Below, in pieces: positions 23,151 through 33,465 of a DNA stretch of 64,000 bases (position 1 is the first letter of the stretch; each line of letters opens with the position of its first letter). This DNA comes from an uncultured Alphaproteobacteria bacterium (lineage in GTDB: Bacteria; Pseudomonadota; Alphaproteobacteria; HIMB59; GCA-002718135), in the NCBI GenBank assembly GCA_902560675.1, contig CACEMP010000003.1, forward strand, positions 13,512-77,511, written 5' to 3'. The notes beneath the pieces are model-generated. The model did no database searches, was not told where the DNA came from, and saw only the letters and a list, made by a program, of their open reading frames with translations. Both the position numbers and the translations under genes were made by a program.

Positions 23151-24088
23151 TGAAGAAAAGCATAGCAATACAAATGGATGATATTTCTGAAATTGATTAT
23201 GAATTTGATAGTTCTTTTTTGATAGGTTATGAAGCACAATTAAGAGATTATGATATCTTCTACTATAATCCAAATGATCTATATATAATTGAGAATAATA
23301 TTCAGGCTTCAGGATATTTTATAGAATTAGCTTTAGATAAAAATAATTATTTTAAATTTAAATCAAAGAAAATATTTGTAAAGTTAGAAAAATTTCAATT
23401 TATCTTTTTAAGACAAGATCCTCCATTTGATATGAGCTATATAACATCTACTTATATTTTAGATTTACTTCCAGCTTCAACAATTGTTGTAAATAATCCA
23501 ACAGCAGTTAGAAACTCTACAGAAAAATTATTTACATTTAAATTTAGAGAATTTATGCCACCTACATTAGTAACAAAAGATTTAAAAATTATTGAAGACT
23601 TTTTAATTAAAGAAGAAGATATTATAACTAAGCCACTCTATGGAAATGGAGGAGAAGGTATACATAGATTTAATAAAAATAATTTTAATAATAAAATTAT
23701 ACAGCAATATTTGCACTTGCCTATTATGGTTCAAAAATTTATAAAAGAGATAGACGATGGTGATAGAAGAATAATCTTTTTTGATGGAGAATACCATGGT
23801 TCTGTTGCAAGAATACCGCAACTTGGTAATCTTAAAGCAAATTTCCATGCTGGTGGTAAGGCATATAAAACAGATCTCGTATATAGAGACAGAGAAATTA
23901 TAGAAACTTTGGGCCCTGAATTAAAAAAACATAACCTTTTTTTTGTTGGTATTGATGTGATTGGAAATTATCTCACAGAAATAAATGTAACATCGCCTAC
24001 AGGTTTAAAGCAAATTAATGCATTAAATAATGTAAAATTAGAAAAAGATTTTTGGGATAAGCTTGAAGCAAAATATAAATTAGTTTAA
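23150..24088 (+). CDS. gshB: Glutathione synthetase
   Basis: QMD, RQDPPFDM.YI, KPLYGNGG, GDRRI, TEINVTSPTG. Confidence 0.96.
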   Translation: MKKSIAIQMDDISEIDYEFDSSFLIGYEAQLRDYDIFYYNPNDLYIIENNIQASGYFIELALDKNNYFKFKSKKIFVKLEKFQFIFLRQDPPFDMSYITSTYILDLLPASTIVVNNPTAVRNSTEKLFTFKFREFMPPTLVTKDLKIIEDFLIKEEDIITKPLYGNGGEGIHRFNKNNFNNKIIQQYLHLPIMVQKFIKEIDDGDRRIIFFDGEYHGSVARIPQLGNLKANFHAGGKAYKTDLVYRDREIIETLGPELKKHNLFFVGIDVIGNYLTEINVTSPTGLKQINALNNVKLEKDFWDKLEAKYKLV

Positions 24089-24112
24089 TTATAACTTTTT
24101 AAAGGAAAATAT

Positions 24113-24679
24113 ATGCACAAAGATAGAATTTTAATAAATAAACTAAAAAACTTTGAAAATATAAACTCTAATATATTATCAATAATGTTGATATTAATGG
24201 GCTCAATCTTGTTAGCTATTTCAGCTAAAATTCAGGTACCATTTTGGCCAGTACCAATGACAATGCAAACATTCATTATTTTTTTAATAGGAATGACATA
24301 TAGTATTAGATTATCTTTTGCGACTGTAGTGTTTTATCTTTTTCAAGGAGCTATTGGACTTCCTGTTTTTGCATCTGGAGGAGGGATTGCATATTTGATT
24401 GGTCCAACTGCAGGATATCTTTACGGAATGTTAGTTGCATCAATTATTATAAGTTATTTTGCAAATTTAGGATTTAGCAAAACATATTTTAAAACTGCTT
24501 TATCTTTATTTGTTGGATCTATAGTAATATTTTCATTTGGTATTTTATACCTTGGCTATATTATTGGTTACCAAAAAGCAATTGCTGCTGGTTTATTACC
24601 TTTTCTCCCAAGTGAAATTTTTAAAATAGCACTAGCAGTTGTTTTAATACCAACATTACATAAATTTATTAATAAATAG
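24113..24679 (+). CDS. bioY: Biotin transporter BioY (solitary ECF S-component)
   Basis: PVPMTMQT, GAIGLPVFA, GPTAGYL, PFLP. Confidence 0.92.
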   Translation: MHKDRILINKLKNFENINSNILSIMLILMGSILLAISAKIQVPFWPVPMTMQTFIIFLIGMTYSIRLSFATVVFYLFQGAIGLPVFASGGGIAYLIGPTAGYLYGMLVASIIISYFANLGFSKTYFKTALSLFVGSIVIFSFGILYLGYIIGYQKAIAAGLLPFLPSEIFKIALAVVLIPTLHKFINK

Positions 24680-24685
24680 TAATTA

Positions 24686-25576
24686 ATGAAAATTGGTATT
24701 GATGTAGGTGGTACCAAAACCGAAGGTATTTTGTTAGACACTAATGGAAATGAAATAGATAGAAAAAGAATTAATACTGAAAAATCTTATGATGGAACTA
24801 TAAAAGGCATACTATCAATAATAAATTATTTTGAAGATAAATATGGTAAAGTAAAAACAGTAGGTATGGGCATGCCTGGTGCAATATCAAATGATACAGC
24901 TTTAATTAAAAATGCAAATTCAATATGGTTAAATGGAAAACCATTTAAACAAGACTTAGATAAAATCCTAAAAAGAAATGTTAATTTAGAAAATGATGCA
25001 AACTGTTTTACTCTTTCTGAAGCAGTTGATGGAGCTGGAAAGGGTTTTAAAATTGTTTTTGGAGTAATTATTGGGACAGGTGTTGGCGGTGGTATAAGCA
25101 TTGATCAAAAAATTTTAAGAGGTCGTAATAGTATAAGTGGTGAATGGGGGCATATTACATTACCAAATAGGAGTGAAGATGAAAAAAAGTATGTCAAAGA
25201 ATGTTATTGTGGAAAAGATGGCTGCTTAGAAACTTACATATCAGGCCCAGGTTTTTCATCCAATTACAATTTACGTTTTAATAAAAATTATAATTCGCAT
25301 CAAATATTAGAAGCTTTTAATAATAAAGAAGATGATAGTATTTTTGCTCTAAATCAATATGTCGATCATTTGGCAAGAGGTTTGTCTTTAGTTTGTAATA
25401 TACTTGATCCAGATGTGATAGTGCTTGGAGGTGGTATGTCAAATATTGATTTTATTTATAAAAATATAAATGATGCATTAAAAAAATATGTTTTCACCGA
25501 CACACTTCATACCAAAGTTGTTAAAAATATTCATGGAGACTCCAGTGGAGTAAGAGGTGCAGCTTGGCTTTCTTAA
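24686..25576 (+). CDS. ROK-family sugar kinase (Mak/fructokinase-like)
   Basis: GIDVGGTK, ENDANC, GTGVGGG, GEWGH, CYCG..GCLE zinc motif, GDSSGVRGAA. Confidence 0.9.
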   Translation: MKIGIDVGGTKTEGILLDTNGNEIDRKRINTEKSYDGTIKGILSIINYFEDKYGKVKTVGMGMPGAISNDTALIKNANSIWLNGKPFKQDLDKILKRNVNLENDANCFTLSEAVDGAGKGFKIVFGVIIGTGVGGGISIDQKILRGRNSISGEWGHITLPNRSEDEKKYVKECYCGKDGCLETYISGPGFSSNYNLRFNKNYNSHQILEAFNNKEDDSIFALNQYVDHLARGLSLVCNILDPDVIVLGGGMSNIDFIYKNINDALKKYVFTDTLHTKVVKNIHGDSSGVRGAAWLS

Positions 25577-27024
25577 ATACCACCCATTGATATATATTTT
25601 ATAGTTAAATAATCATCGAGTCCATAACGAGAACCCTCTCTTCCCATTCCTGATTCTTTTACACCTCCAAAAGGAACTTCTGCAATAGTTGGTAATCCAT
25701 TGTTTATTGAAACTATTCCATACTCTAGTGCCTCCGCAACCCTCCAAATTCTTCCAATATCTCTTGAGAAGAAATAAGAAGCTAAACCATAAGGAGTATT
25801 ATTTGCCATTTTAATAACTTCCTCATCATTTGAAAATTTATAGAGTGGCGCAACAGGACCAAAAGTTTCTTCAAAAGTTATTTTTGCTTTAGTAGAAACA
25901 TTAGACAAAACAGTTGGTTGATAAAAATTTCCTCCAAGAGAATGTATATCGCCACCAATTGCAATTTTAGCACCTGTATTTACAGCATCTTGAACATGAT
26001 CAATTACTTTCTCTAATGATGATTTGTCAATTAATGGACCAGAAATAATTCCATCTTCAAGTCCATTACCAACAGTAATTTTTTCTACTTCTTTTGTAAA
26101 TTTGTTTAAAAATTCATCATAAATTTTTTCGTGAACAAATATTCTGTTGGTACAAATACAAGTTTGACCACTATTTCTAAATTTACTTTGCATTGCTCCT
26201 GTAACAGCTTCATCCATATCAGCATCATCAAAAACAATTAGTGGAGCATGACCTCCAAGTTCCATTGAAACTTTTTTTACAGTTGAGGCACTTTGTTCTA
26301 AAAGTATTTTTCCAACTTCTGTTGATCCTGTAAATGAAATTTTTCTAACTGTAGAATTACTTGTTAATTCCCTCCCTATTTCACTTGCTGAACCAGTTAT
26401 AACATTAAATACACCATCAGGAAAACCAGCTTCTTTTGCAAGTTGTGCAACAGCCAAAGCTGAAAAAGGTGTTTGACTTGCTGGTTTTACAACAGTAGTA
26501 CATCCAACAGCCATAGCAGCAGCACATTTTCTTGTAATCATTGAATTAGGAAAATTCCATGGAGTTATTGCGCCTACTACACCAACAGGCTGCTTAATAA
26601 TTACAATTCTTTTACCGGGCCTTGGATCTGGTATTATATCACCATATACTCTTTTTGCTTCCTCCGCGTAGAACTCAATATAGGAAGCACCCATTAATAT
26701 TTCACCCTTTGCTTCGGCCAGAGGTTTACCCTGCTCAATTGTCATTATCTTAGCTAAGTCATCTGAATTTTTTGAGATCAATTCCCCCCATTTTTTTAAA
26801 ATTATTGATCTTTCTTTAGCTGTTGTTTCCTTCCAGCTTTGAAAAGCGTTATTAGCATGATCAATTGCAATTTTTGTTTCTGCAGTTGAGCATTTTGGCA
26901 CATTTCCAATTATTTCTAGAGAAGCTGGATTATTTACTTCAAGAGTTTCTCCTGAAGCACTACCAATCCATTGTCCATTAATAAAACATTTTTGTTTAAA
27001 CAGCGATTTGTTATTTAATTCCAT
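25573..27024 (-). CDS. gabD: NAD(P)-dependent succinate-semialdehyde dehydrogenase family (GabD/DoeC-like)
   Basis: ITPWNFP, FTGSTEVG, ELGGHAP, KFRNSGQTCIC, EETFGP, PFGGVKESG.GREG. Confidence 0.8.
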   Translation of the reverse strand: MELNNKSLFKQKCFINGQWIGSASGETLEVNNPASLEIIGNVPKCSTAETKIAIDHANNAFQSWKETTAKERSIILKKWGELISKNSDDLAKIMTIEQGKPLAEAKGEILMGASYIEFYAEEAKRVYGDIIPDPRPGKRIVIIKQPVGVVGAITPWNFPNSMITRKCAAAMAVGCTTVVKPASQTPFSALAVAQLAKEAGFPDGVFNVITGSASEIGRELTSNSTVRKISFTGSTEVGKILLEQSASTVKKVSMELGGHAPLIVFDDADMDEAVTGAMQSKFRNSGQTCICTNRIFVHEKIYDEFLNKFTKEVEKITVGNGLEDGIISGPLIDKSSLEKVIDHVQDAVNTGAKIAIGGDIHSLGGNFYQPTVLSNVSTKAKITFEETFGPVAPLYKFSNDEEVIKMANNTPYGLASYFFSRDIGRIWRVAEALEYGIVSINNGLPTIAEVPFGGVKESGMGREGSRYGLDDYLTIKYISMGGI

Positions 27025-27066
27025 AAATTTTAATTATAATGAATAATCTAAATTAAGGAAATTATA

Positions 27067-28170
27067 ATGACAATAGTTAATTCTTGGAATGAATGGGATC
27101 CATTAAAACATGTAATAGTTGGGGCCGTTGAAAATGCAAATGTACCTCCTATGGAAACTGCACTTGTACCTAAGATTAGTAAAGATAGTGGAATGATGGG
27201 TTCTCACGGACCTCGTTCAAAAGAGTCAATCGACAAAGCTAATATACAACTAGAAAACTTTGTTAAAATTTTAAATTCTCTAAATATAAAAGTTGATCGA
27301 CCAACACCTATTGACTTTTCTCAAAGTATCGAAACTCCAGATTGGTCAAATGATGGCATGTTTGGCTGTATGCCTCCAAGAGATGTTATTCTCACTGTAG
27401 GAAATGAAATGCTAGAAGCACCCATGTCTTATAGGTGTAGATGGTTTGAGTATCTTGCATATAGACCTTTACTTGAAAAATATTATTCAGAAGATAAAAA
27501 TATGAGATGGGAGTCGGCACCTAAACCAAGATTAACAAATCAATCTTATAAGTTTAATTATCTTCCTGAAGGCATAACTGAAGAAGAACGATACAAAAAA
27601 ATTGAAAATAGAGACATGATTTTGACAGAAAAAGAACCACTTTTTGATGCTGCAGAAATTTTACGCTTTGGAAAAGATCTTTTTTATCATAACAATTTTA
27701 CATCAAATTTAAGTGGCTTAGATTGGTTAAGAAGACATTATAGAAATCATCGTGTTCATCAAATTAATTTGCCAGGTGATTTAATACCAACTCACATTGA
27801 TGCATGTTTTACTCCTATTAAACCAGGAGTAATAATTATTAATCCAAATAGAAAAATTTCATCAGAGCAAAGAAAAATTTTTGATGATAATAAATGGGAA
27901 ATTCATGAAGCAGCTCCTTCTATTCATAATAGCCCACCACCTATGTGTTATTCATCTATTTGGTTATCTATGAATGTTTTGATAATTGATCCTAAAACTA
28001 TATGTGTCGAAGCGACTGAAGAAAAAATGATTAAACAAATGGAAAGTTTTGGATTAGATGTTATTCCAATTCCTTTTAGAGACGTTTATGCTTTTGGTGG
28101 TAGTTTACATTGTGCAACAACTGATGTTTATAGAGAAGGTGAGTGTGAGGATTATTTTCCAAATCAATAA
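27067..28170 (+). CDS. Amidinotransferase (L-arginine:glycine amidinotransferase/StrB1 family)
   Basis: NSWNEWDPL, PRD, FDAA, HIDA, SS.WLSMNVL, GGSLHC (Asp-His-Cys triad intact). Confidence 0.88.
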   Translation: MTIVNSWNEWDPLKHVIVGAVENANVPPMETALVPKISKDSGMMGSHGPRSKESIDKANIQLENFVKILNSLNIKVDRPTPIDFSQSIETPDWSNDGMFGCMPPRDVILTVGNEMLEAPMSYRCRWFEYLAYRPLLEKYYSEDKNMRWESAPKPRLTNQSYKFNYLPEGITEEERYKKIENRDMILTEKEPLFDAAEILRFGKDLFYHNNFTSNLSGLDWLRRHYRNHRVHQINLPGDLIPTHIDACFTPIKPGVIIINPNRKISSEQRKIFDDNKWEIHEAAPSIHNSPPPMCYSSIWLSMNVLIIDPKTICVEATEEKMIKQMESFGLDVIPIPFRDVYAFGGSLHCATTDVYREGECEDYFPNQ

Positions 28171-28925
28171 TGGATAGTTTTAATCAAAATAATGTTAAAG
28201 CCAATTTAAAAGATACAAACTTTTCTAGAATTGGTGTAATTACACTATCAACTGATTTTACCATTGAGCAGGATTTTAGAAAAATTTGCCATAATTTACC
28301 TGTTGATCTATTTTTTAATAGGATACCTTTTTTAAATCCTCTAACTCATGAAAATTACATAAAGATGGCTGATCATATTACAGAAATAACAAATCAAATA
28401 TTACCCAATGAAAAAATACAAGTTGTAGCGTATGGATGTACTTCGGGTACTATTGAAATTGGTGAAAAAAGAATAAGATCTGAAATCTTCAAAGCTAAAC
28501 CTGATGCTTTAATCACTACGCCTATTACAGCAGCTGTAAAAGCACTTAAATTGTTAAACCATAAAAAAATTGCTGTTCTTACCCCTTATCCAAATGATGT
28601 TAATGTAAAAGTTTACAATTATTTAATAGATAGTGGTTTTGAAATTAAATCATTTAGTTCATTTAATTTAAACTATGACTCGGAAATTGCCAAAGTTACC
28701 CATGACAGTTTAATGAGAACAATTTCCTCAATTGATTCAACAGATGTTGATAGTATTTTTGTATCTTGTACCGCATTAAAAGTAATTGATATTATTGAAA
28801 AATTAGAGTCAAAATTAAACACAGATATCATTTCAAGTAATCAAGCTATTATTTGGGATTCACTAAGATTATCTAATATTAATCAAAAAATTGATGGTTT
28901 TGGTAATCTACTTAAATTACATTAA
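28170..28925 (+). CDS. eutA: EutA-like Asp/Glu racemase / maleate isomerase family protein
   Basis: GVITLSTD.TIEQDF, YGCTSG and VSCTAL Cys dyad, SSNQA; lies directly upstream of eutBC. Confidence 0.72.
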   Translation: MDSFNQNNVKANLKDTNFSRIGVITLSTDFTIEQDFRKICHNLPVDLFFNRIPFLNPLTHENYIKMADHITEITNQILPNEKIQVVAYGCTSGTIEIGEKRIRSEIFKAKPDALITTPITAAVKALKLLNHKKIAVLTPYPNDVNVKVYNYLIDSGFEIKSFSSFNLNYDSEIAKVTHDSLMRTISSIDSTDVDSIFVSCTALKVIDIIEKLESKLNTDIISSNQAIIWDSLRLSNINQKIDGFGNLLKLH

Positions 28926-28937
28926 ATAGGGTTTAAA

Positions 28938-29900
28938 TTGATTACACTTCAACAAATACAAGATGCACATAAGAAGATTTTACCTTATGTTAATTATACA
29001 CCATTAGTTAATTCTAATTTCTTATCAAAAAATAATAAAGTAAAACTAAAGTTAGAAAATTTTCAAATTACTGGTTCATTTAAGTTAAGAGGTGCAGTTA
29101 ATAAGCTACTTTCTTTAAGCAAAGATGACAAAAACAAAGGAGTCATCGCAGTTTCTACAGGTAATCATGGCAAAGGAGTTGCTTATGCTTCAAAGGTATT
29201 AGGCATTCAATCAACAATATACATGTCTTCAATGGTTCCAGAATATAGAAAAGAGGCTATTGAAAAATTAGGAGCAAAAGTAGAAATTATTGGAAAAAAT
29301 AGTGATGAAGCTGATTTGCATGCTAAACGAATTGCCAAAGAAAAAAATATTCCATTAATCCATCCATTTGACGATGAAGATATTATTATAGGTCAAGGAA
29401 CAGTGGGTTTAGAAATGCTCGATCAGTTCCCAGATGTTGATACAGTTATTATTCCAACATCTGGCGGCGGCCTTATTTCTGGAATTGCACAAGCAATTAA
29501 ACTTCAAAAACCTGATACAAAAATTATTGCAGTATCCATGGAAAGAGGACCCTCCATGTATGAAAGTCTAAAACAAGGTAAGCCTGTCGATGTTAAGGAA
29601 ACTGAAACTTTAGCTGATTGTTTAGGTGGCAGCATTGGCTTAGATAATAAATTTACTTTTAATATTGTACAAAAATATGTTGATGACTTTGTTTTAGTTA
29701 GTGAAGAAAAAATAGCTGAGGGAATAAGAATGAATTTTTTAGAACATAAAATAGTATCTGAAGGTGCAGCAGCAACAAGTGTTATGGTTGTTAAAGAAAA
29801 ACTAACATCACACTTAGGAAAAAATATAATCTGTTTAATTTGTGGAGGTAATATAGACTCGGAATTATTCAATAAAGTTTTAAGTCATGCTCATACTTAA
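28938..29900 (+). CDS. eutB: Hydroxyectoine-utilization dehydratase EutB (threonine dehydratase family)
   Basis: KLENFQITGSFKLRGA, STGNHG, SGGGL, EutB-typical LADCLGGSIGLDN.FTF; TTG start. Confidence 0.8.
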   Translation: MITLQQIQDAHKKILPYVNYTPLVNSNFLSKNNKVKLKLENFQITGSFKLRGAVNKLLSLSKDDKNKGVIAVSTGNHGKGVAYASKVLGIQSTIYMSSMVPEYRKEAIEKLGAKVEIIGKNSDEADLHAKRIAKEKNIPLIHPFDDEDIIIGQGTVGLEMLDQFPDVDTVIIPTSGGGLISGIAQAIKLQKPDTKIIAVSMERGPSMYESLKQGKPVDVKETETLADCLGGSIGLDNKFTFNIVQKYVDDFVLVSEEKIAEGIRMNFLEHKIVSEGAAATSVMVVKEKLTSHLGKNIICLICGGNIDSELFNKVLSHAHT

Positions 29901-30861
29901 TAAAAATCAGATTATTCAACATGTGCACTTAAATGAAGAACTCATTCCAATAATTGAAGAAGCTTTTGTCAGTTTATCAAAAGGATCAGTTATGATGCCC
30001 CCAATTATGAGAATTGATATTAAGAAATACCATGGCGAATCTGATATTAAAGCTGCTTATATTGAAGGTTTAGATAGCTTTGCAATAAAAATAGCATCAG
30101 GTTTTTTTGATAATCCAAAAATTGGTTTGCCATCAAGTAATGGATTGATGGTTTTATTAGACTCTGAAACAGGAATAGTAAAATCTGTTTTATTAGATGA
30201 AGGTTATCTTACAGATACTAGAACAGCTATTGCAGGAGCTATAGCTACAAAATATTTATCAAATCAAAACGCTAATACGGTGGGGATCATTGGAGCTGGA
30301 ATTCAAGCCAGATTACAACTTCAAGCTATAATGTTAGTGAGAAAAATTAATAAAATTACGGTTTGGGCAAGAGACAAGATTAAAGCTAATCAATTTTTAG
30401 ATAGCTTTAAAGATTTAGAAATAGATTTGCATATGGCTTCTTCTTGTAAAGAATTGGCTTGTTTATCAGAGATAATCGTTACAACAACTCCAAGTAAAAA
30501 ACCTCTTTTAGAGTTTGATTGGATAAAAAAAGGAACACATATAACTGCAATGGGATCAGATGCAGAACATAAAAATGAAATAGATCCTCATATGTTAAAA
30601 TATTGTGATCAATATGTGCCAGATAATCAATCACAGACAAGTGCATTAGGTGAATTACATCATGCATTGAAAAAAAATCTAATTTCATCTCAAGAAAAAT
30701 TTAATGATCTTGGTGATATTATTAATGATCCAAACTTAGGAAGAAAAAATAAAGAAGATATAACGATATGTGATTTGACAGGAACTGGTGTACAAGATAC
30801 TGCGATAGCAAGATTTACTTTTAATCTTTGTAAAAAAAATAATTTAGGCATCAATATTTAA
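29887..30861 (+). CDS. eutC: Cyclodeaminase/ketimine reductase EutC (OCD/mu-crystallin family)
   Basis: FAIKIASGFFDNP.IGLPS.NG, GYLTD.RTA, GAG.QA, AMGSDAEHKNE, DLTGTGVQD. Confidence 0.82.
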   Translation: MLILNKNQIIQHVHLNEELIPIIEEAFVSLSKGSVMMPPIMRIDIKKYHGESDIKAAYIEGLDSFAIKIASGFFDNPKIGLPSSNGLMVLLDSETGIVKSVLLDEGYLTDTRTAIAGAIATKYLSNQNANTVGIIGAGIQARLQLQAIMLVRKINKITVWARDKIKANQFLDSFKDLEIDLHMASSCKELACLSEIIVTTTPSKKPLLEFDWIKKGTHITAMGSDAEHKNEIDPHMLKYCDQYVPDNQSQTSALGELHHALKKNLISSQEKFNDLGDIINDPNLGRKNKEDITICDLTGTGVQDTAIARFTFNLCKKNNLGINI

Positions 30862-30864
30862 AAC

Positions 30865-32307
30865 ATGAGTCAAACAATAATTAAAAAAACATCTGATTAC
30901 TTCAAATCTAAAGGAGTTGTCTTGCCAAGTATAAGTGAACTTCAAAATCCTCAAAGTATTAATGAAAATATTAAAAATTCTCTAAAAAAAATAAATAATA
31001 ATGACATAAACCCACTTAATCTTTTTAGAGTACATTGGTTCAACAAAAGAGATCAATCAGGTTTTGGTAATGAGCCTGAATATGTTGTGCTTCCGTCAGA
31101 ATTTACTGGGGTCAAAGCAAAGATTATTGTAAATATGGGACGTTATTTTCCCTTAATAACAGCTCATAAAGTTTTGGCAGCTTATGGTTGTTTGCTTCCA
31201 AGAATATTGAATGGCACTTTTGATTTTGAAAAACATAAAGCAGTTTGGCCTTCAACAGGAAATTATTGCAGAGGTGGAGTAGCAATATCTCGTATCATGG
31301 GACTTAATAGTATTGCTATACTTCCTGAAGGGATGAGTAATGAGAGATTTGAATGGTTGAATAATTGGGTCGAAGATAAAAAAAATATTATAAAGACAAA
31401 AGGCACAGAAAGCAATGTGAAAGAAATCTATGATGCTTGTAATGAACTAAAAAAAGATAGTCAAAACGATATTATAAATCAATTTGATGAGTATTTTAAT
31501 TACGGTATTCATCGTTCTGTAACTGGTCCATCTTTTGAAAAATCATTTCTTAAAGTTAAAGGTGACAGTAATTTAGTTCCAAGGTTTTATGTTAGCGCTT
31601 CAGGTTCTAGCGGTACTCTAGCAGCAGGAGATTATCTTAAAGATAAATTACAAACAAAAATTGCAGTTGTAGAAGCTTTGGAGTGTCCAACATTGCTTCA
31701 TGGAGGTTATGGTGAACATAATATACAAGGAATTGGCGATAAACATGTTCCACTTATTCATAATGTAATGAATACGGATTTTGTTGTAGATATTTCAGAT
31801 CAAGCTACCAATAATCTAAATATGATTTTTAATACTGAAATTGGAAAAAGGTTTTTAATACAGAGAAAGAATTTAGATCCTAATTTTGTTTCTCGACTTC
31901 CTGAATTTGGTTTTTCAGCAATAGCAAATATATTAGCTTCAATAAAACTAGCTAAATATATGGATTTAAATAGTGATGATGCAATTATCACCGTTGCTAC
32001 TGATGGTGCAGATTTGTACATGTCAGAATTAAATAAAACGATCAATGATTTTAAAGATAATTATAATGAAATAGTTTGTGCTGAATTATTAGGTAAGCAT
32101 TTATCAGGCATATCAACTGATAATATGTTGGAACTTTCTTATATGGATAAAAAAAGAATATTTAATCTAGGTTACTTTACATGGGTAGAACAACAAGGCA
32201 TAAGTCTTGATGATTTTGAGAAACGAAAAGATCAGAAATTTTGGAATTCACATTATGAATACATGCTTTCTCTAGACAATCAGATTAAAGAATTTAATAA
32301 TATGTAG
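30865..32307 (+). CDS. Uncharacterised fold-type-II PLP enzyme (cysteine synthase-like, 480 aa)
   Basis: HK(V) PLP lysine, STGNY loop, SGSSGT phosphate loop, HNIQGIG, TD. Confidence 0.75.
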   Translation: MSQTIIKKTSDYFKSKGVVLPSISELQNPQSINENIKNSLKKINNNDINPLNLFRVHWFNKRDQSGFGNEPEYVVLPSEFTGVKAKIIVNMGRYFPLITAHKVLAAYGCLLPRILNGTFDFEKHKAVWPSTGNYCRGGVAISRIMGLNSIAILPEGMSNERFEWLNNWVEDKKNIIKTKGTESNVKEIYDACNELKKDSQNDIINQFDEYFNYGIHRSVTGPSFEKSFLKVKGDSNLVPRFYVSASGSSGTLAAGDYLKDKLQTKIAVVEALECPTLLHGGYGEHNIQGIGDKHVPLIHNVMNTDFVVDISDQATNNLNMIFNTEIGKRFLIQRKNLDPNFVSRLPEFGFSAIANILASIKLAKYMDLNSDDAIITVATDGADLYMSELNKTINDFKDNYNEIVCAELLGKHLSGISTDNMLELSYMDKKRIFNLGYFTWVEQQGISLDDFEKRKDQKFWNSHYEYMLSLDNQIKEFNNM

Positions 32308-32310
32308 TTT

Positions 32311-33465
32311 ATGAAAACACAAGCTTTACATAACCAATTAGTAGAATGGCGTCATGATCTTCATATGCACCCACAATTAAGTTTTGAAGAAGAGTATGCT
32401 GCAGCAAAAGTGTCCACACTACTTAAAGAGTTTGGCATAGAAGTTCATTCGGGTATAGCCAGAACAGGCGTAGTTGGAATATTAAAAAAAGGGAATAGTT
32501 CAAAATCAATTGGTATTAGAGCTGATATGGATGCTCTTCCTATACATGAAACCAACACTTTTAGTTATAAGTCAAAATTCGATAATCGAATGCATGCATG
32601 TGGACATGACGGCCACACAACTATGTTATTAGGTGCAGCAAAATATTTGGCAGAAAAAGGGAACTTCAATGGTACCGTATATTTTATTTTTCAACCTGAT
32701 GAAGAAAATACATTTGGTGCAAGAACTATGATTGATGAAGGTCTATTTGATAATTTTAGTATTGATGAAGTATATGCTTTGCACAACATTCCTAATATGG
32801 AAATTGGAACATTTGGAACAAGAAAAGGAGCCATTACAGCAAGTGAAAATTTATTTGAAATAGAAATAAAAGCTAAAGGTGGTCATGCGGCATTGCCTCA
32901 TATGGGTGTTGATGCAATAACCGTTGGTTCTCAAATAGCTGTGGCTCTTCAATCGATTGTATCAAGAAAGTTAAATCCAGCAGATAATGGTATAGTTTCT
33001 ATTACTGAATTTATGACAGATGGTAAAAAAAATGTTTTGCCAGGTATGGTAAAAATGACTGGTGACGCGAGAGCTTTATCAAAAGAAACAAATGAAAAAA
33101 TTGCTTCAAAAATGTTACAAATTGTCGAAGGTATTTGCAATGCACATGGTGTTAATGGTAGTGTTAAATATGAAACGACATGCCCAGTAACTTATAATTC
33201 AAAAAACCAAACTGAGTCTGCAACAAAAGCTGCAGTTTCATTACTTGGCAACGATAGATGTAATGCTGATATTGAACCACGTTTATTCTCAGAAGATTTT
33301 TCTGTTATGGCAAATGAAATACCTGGCTGTTTTGTTTTAATGGGTAACGGTACATCAGAGCAGCATTCTAGACCTTTACATGCAGACAATTATGATTTTA
33401 ATGACGAATTATTAGTCATAGGTTCTTCATATTGGACTGAATTGGTAGAACAACAATTAAAATAA
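32311..33465 (+). CDS. M20D amidohydrolase (hippurate hydrolase/aminoacylase-like)
   Basis: HMHP.LSFEE, RADMDAL, MHACGHDGH, FQPDEE, GGHAA.PH, SEDF, LH. Confidence 0.9.
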   Translation: MKTQALHNQLVEWRHDLHMHPQLSFEEEYAAAKVSTLLKEFGIEVHSGIARTGVVGILKKGNSSKSIGIRADMDALPIHETNTFSYKSKFDNRMHACGHDGHTTMLLGAAKYLAEKGNFNGTVYFIFQPDEENTFGARTMIDEGLFDNFSIDEVYALHNIPNMEIGTFGTRKGAITASENLFEIEIKAKGGHAALPHMGVDAITVGSQIAVALQSIVSRKLNPADNGIVSITEFMTDGKKNVLPGMVKMTGDARALSKETNEKIASKMLQIVEGICNAHGVNGSVKYETTCPVTYNSKNQTESATKAAVSLLGNDRCNADIEPRLFSEDFSVMANEIPGCFVLMGNGTSEQHSRPLHADNYDFNDELLVIGSSYWTELVEQQLK

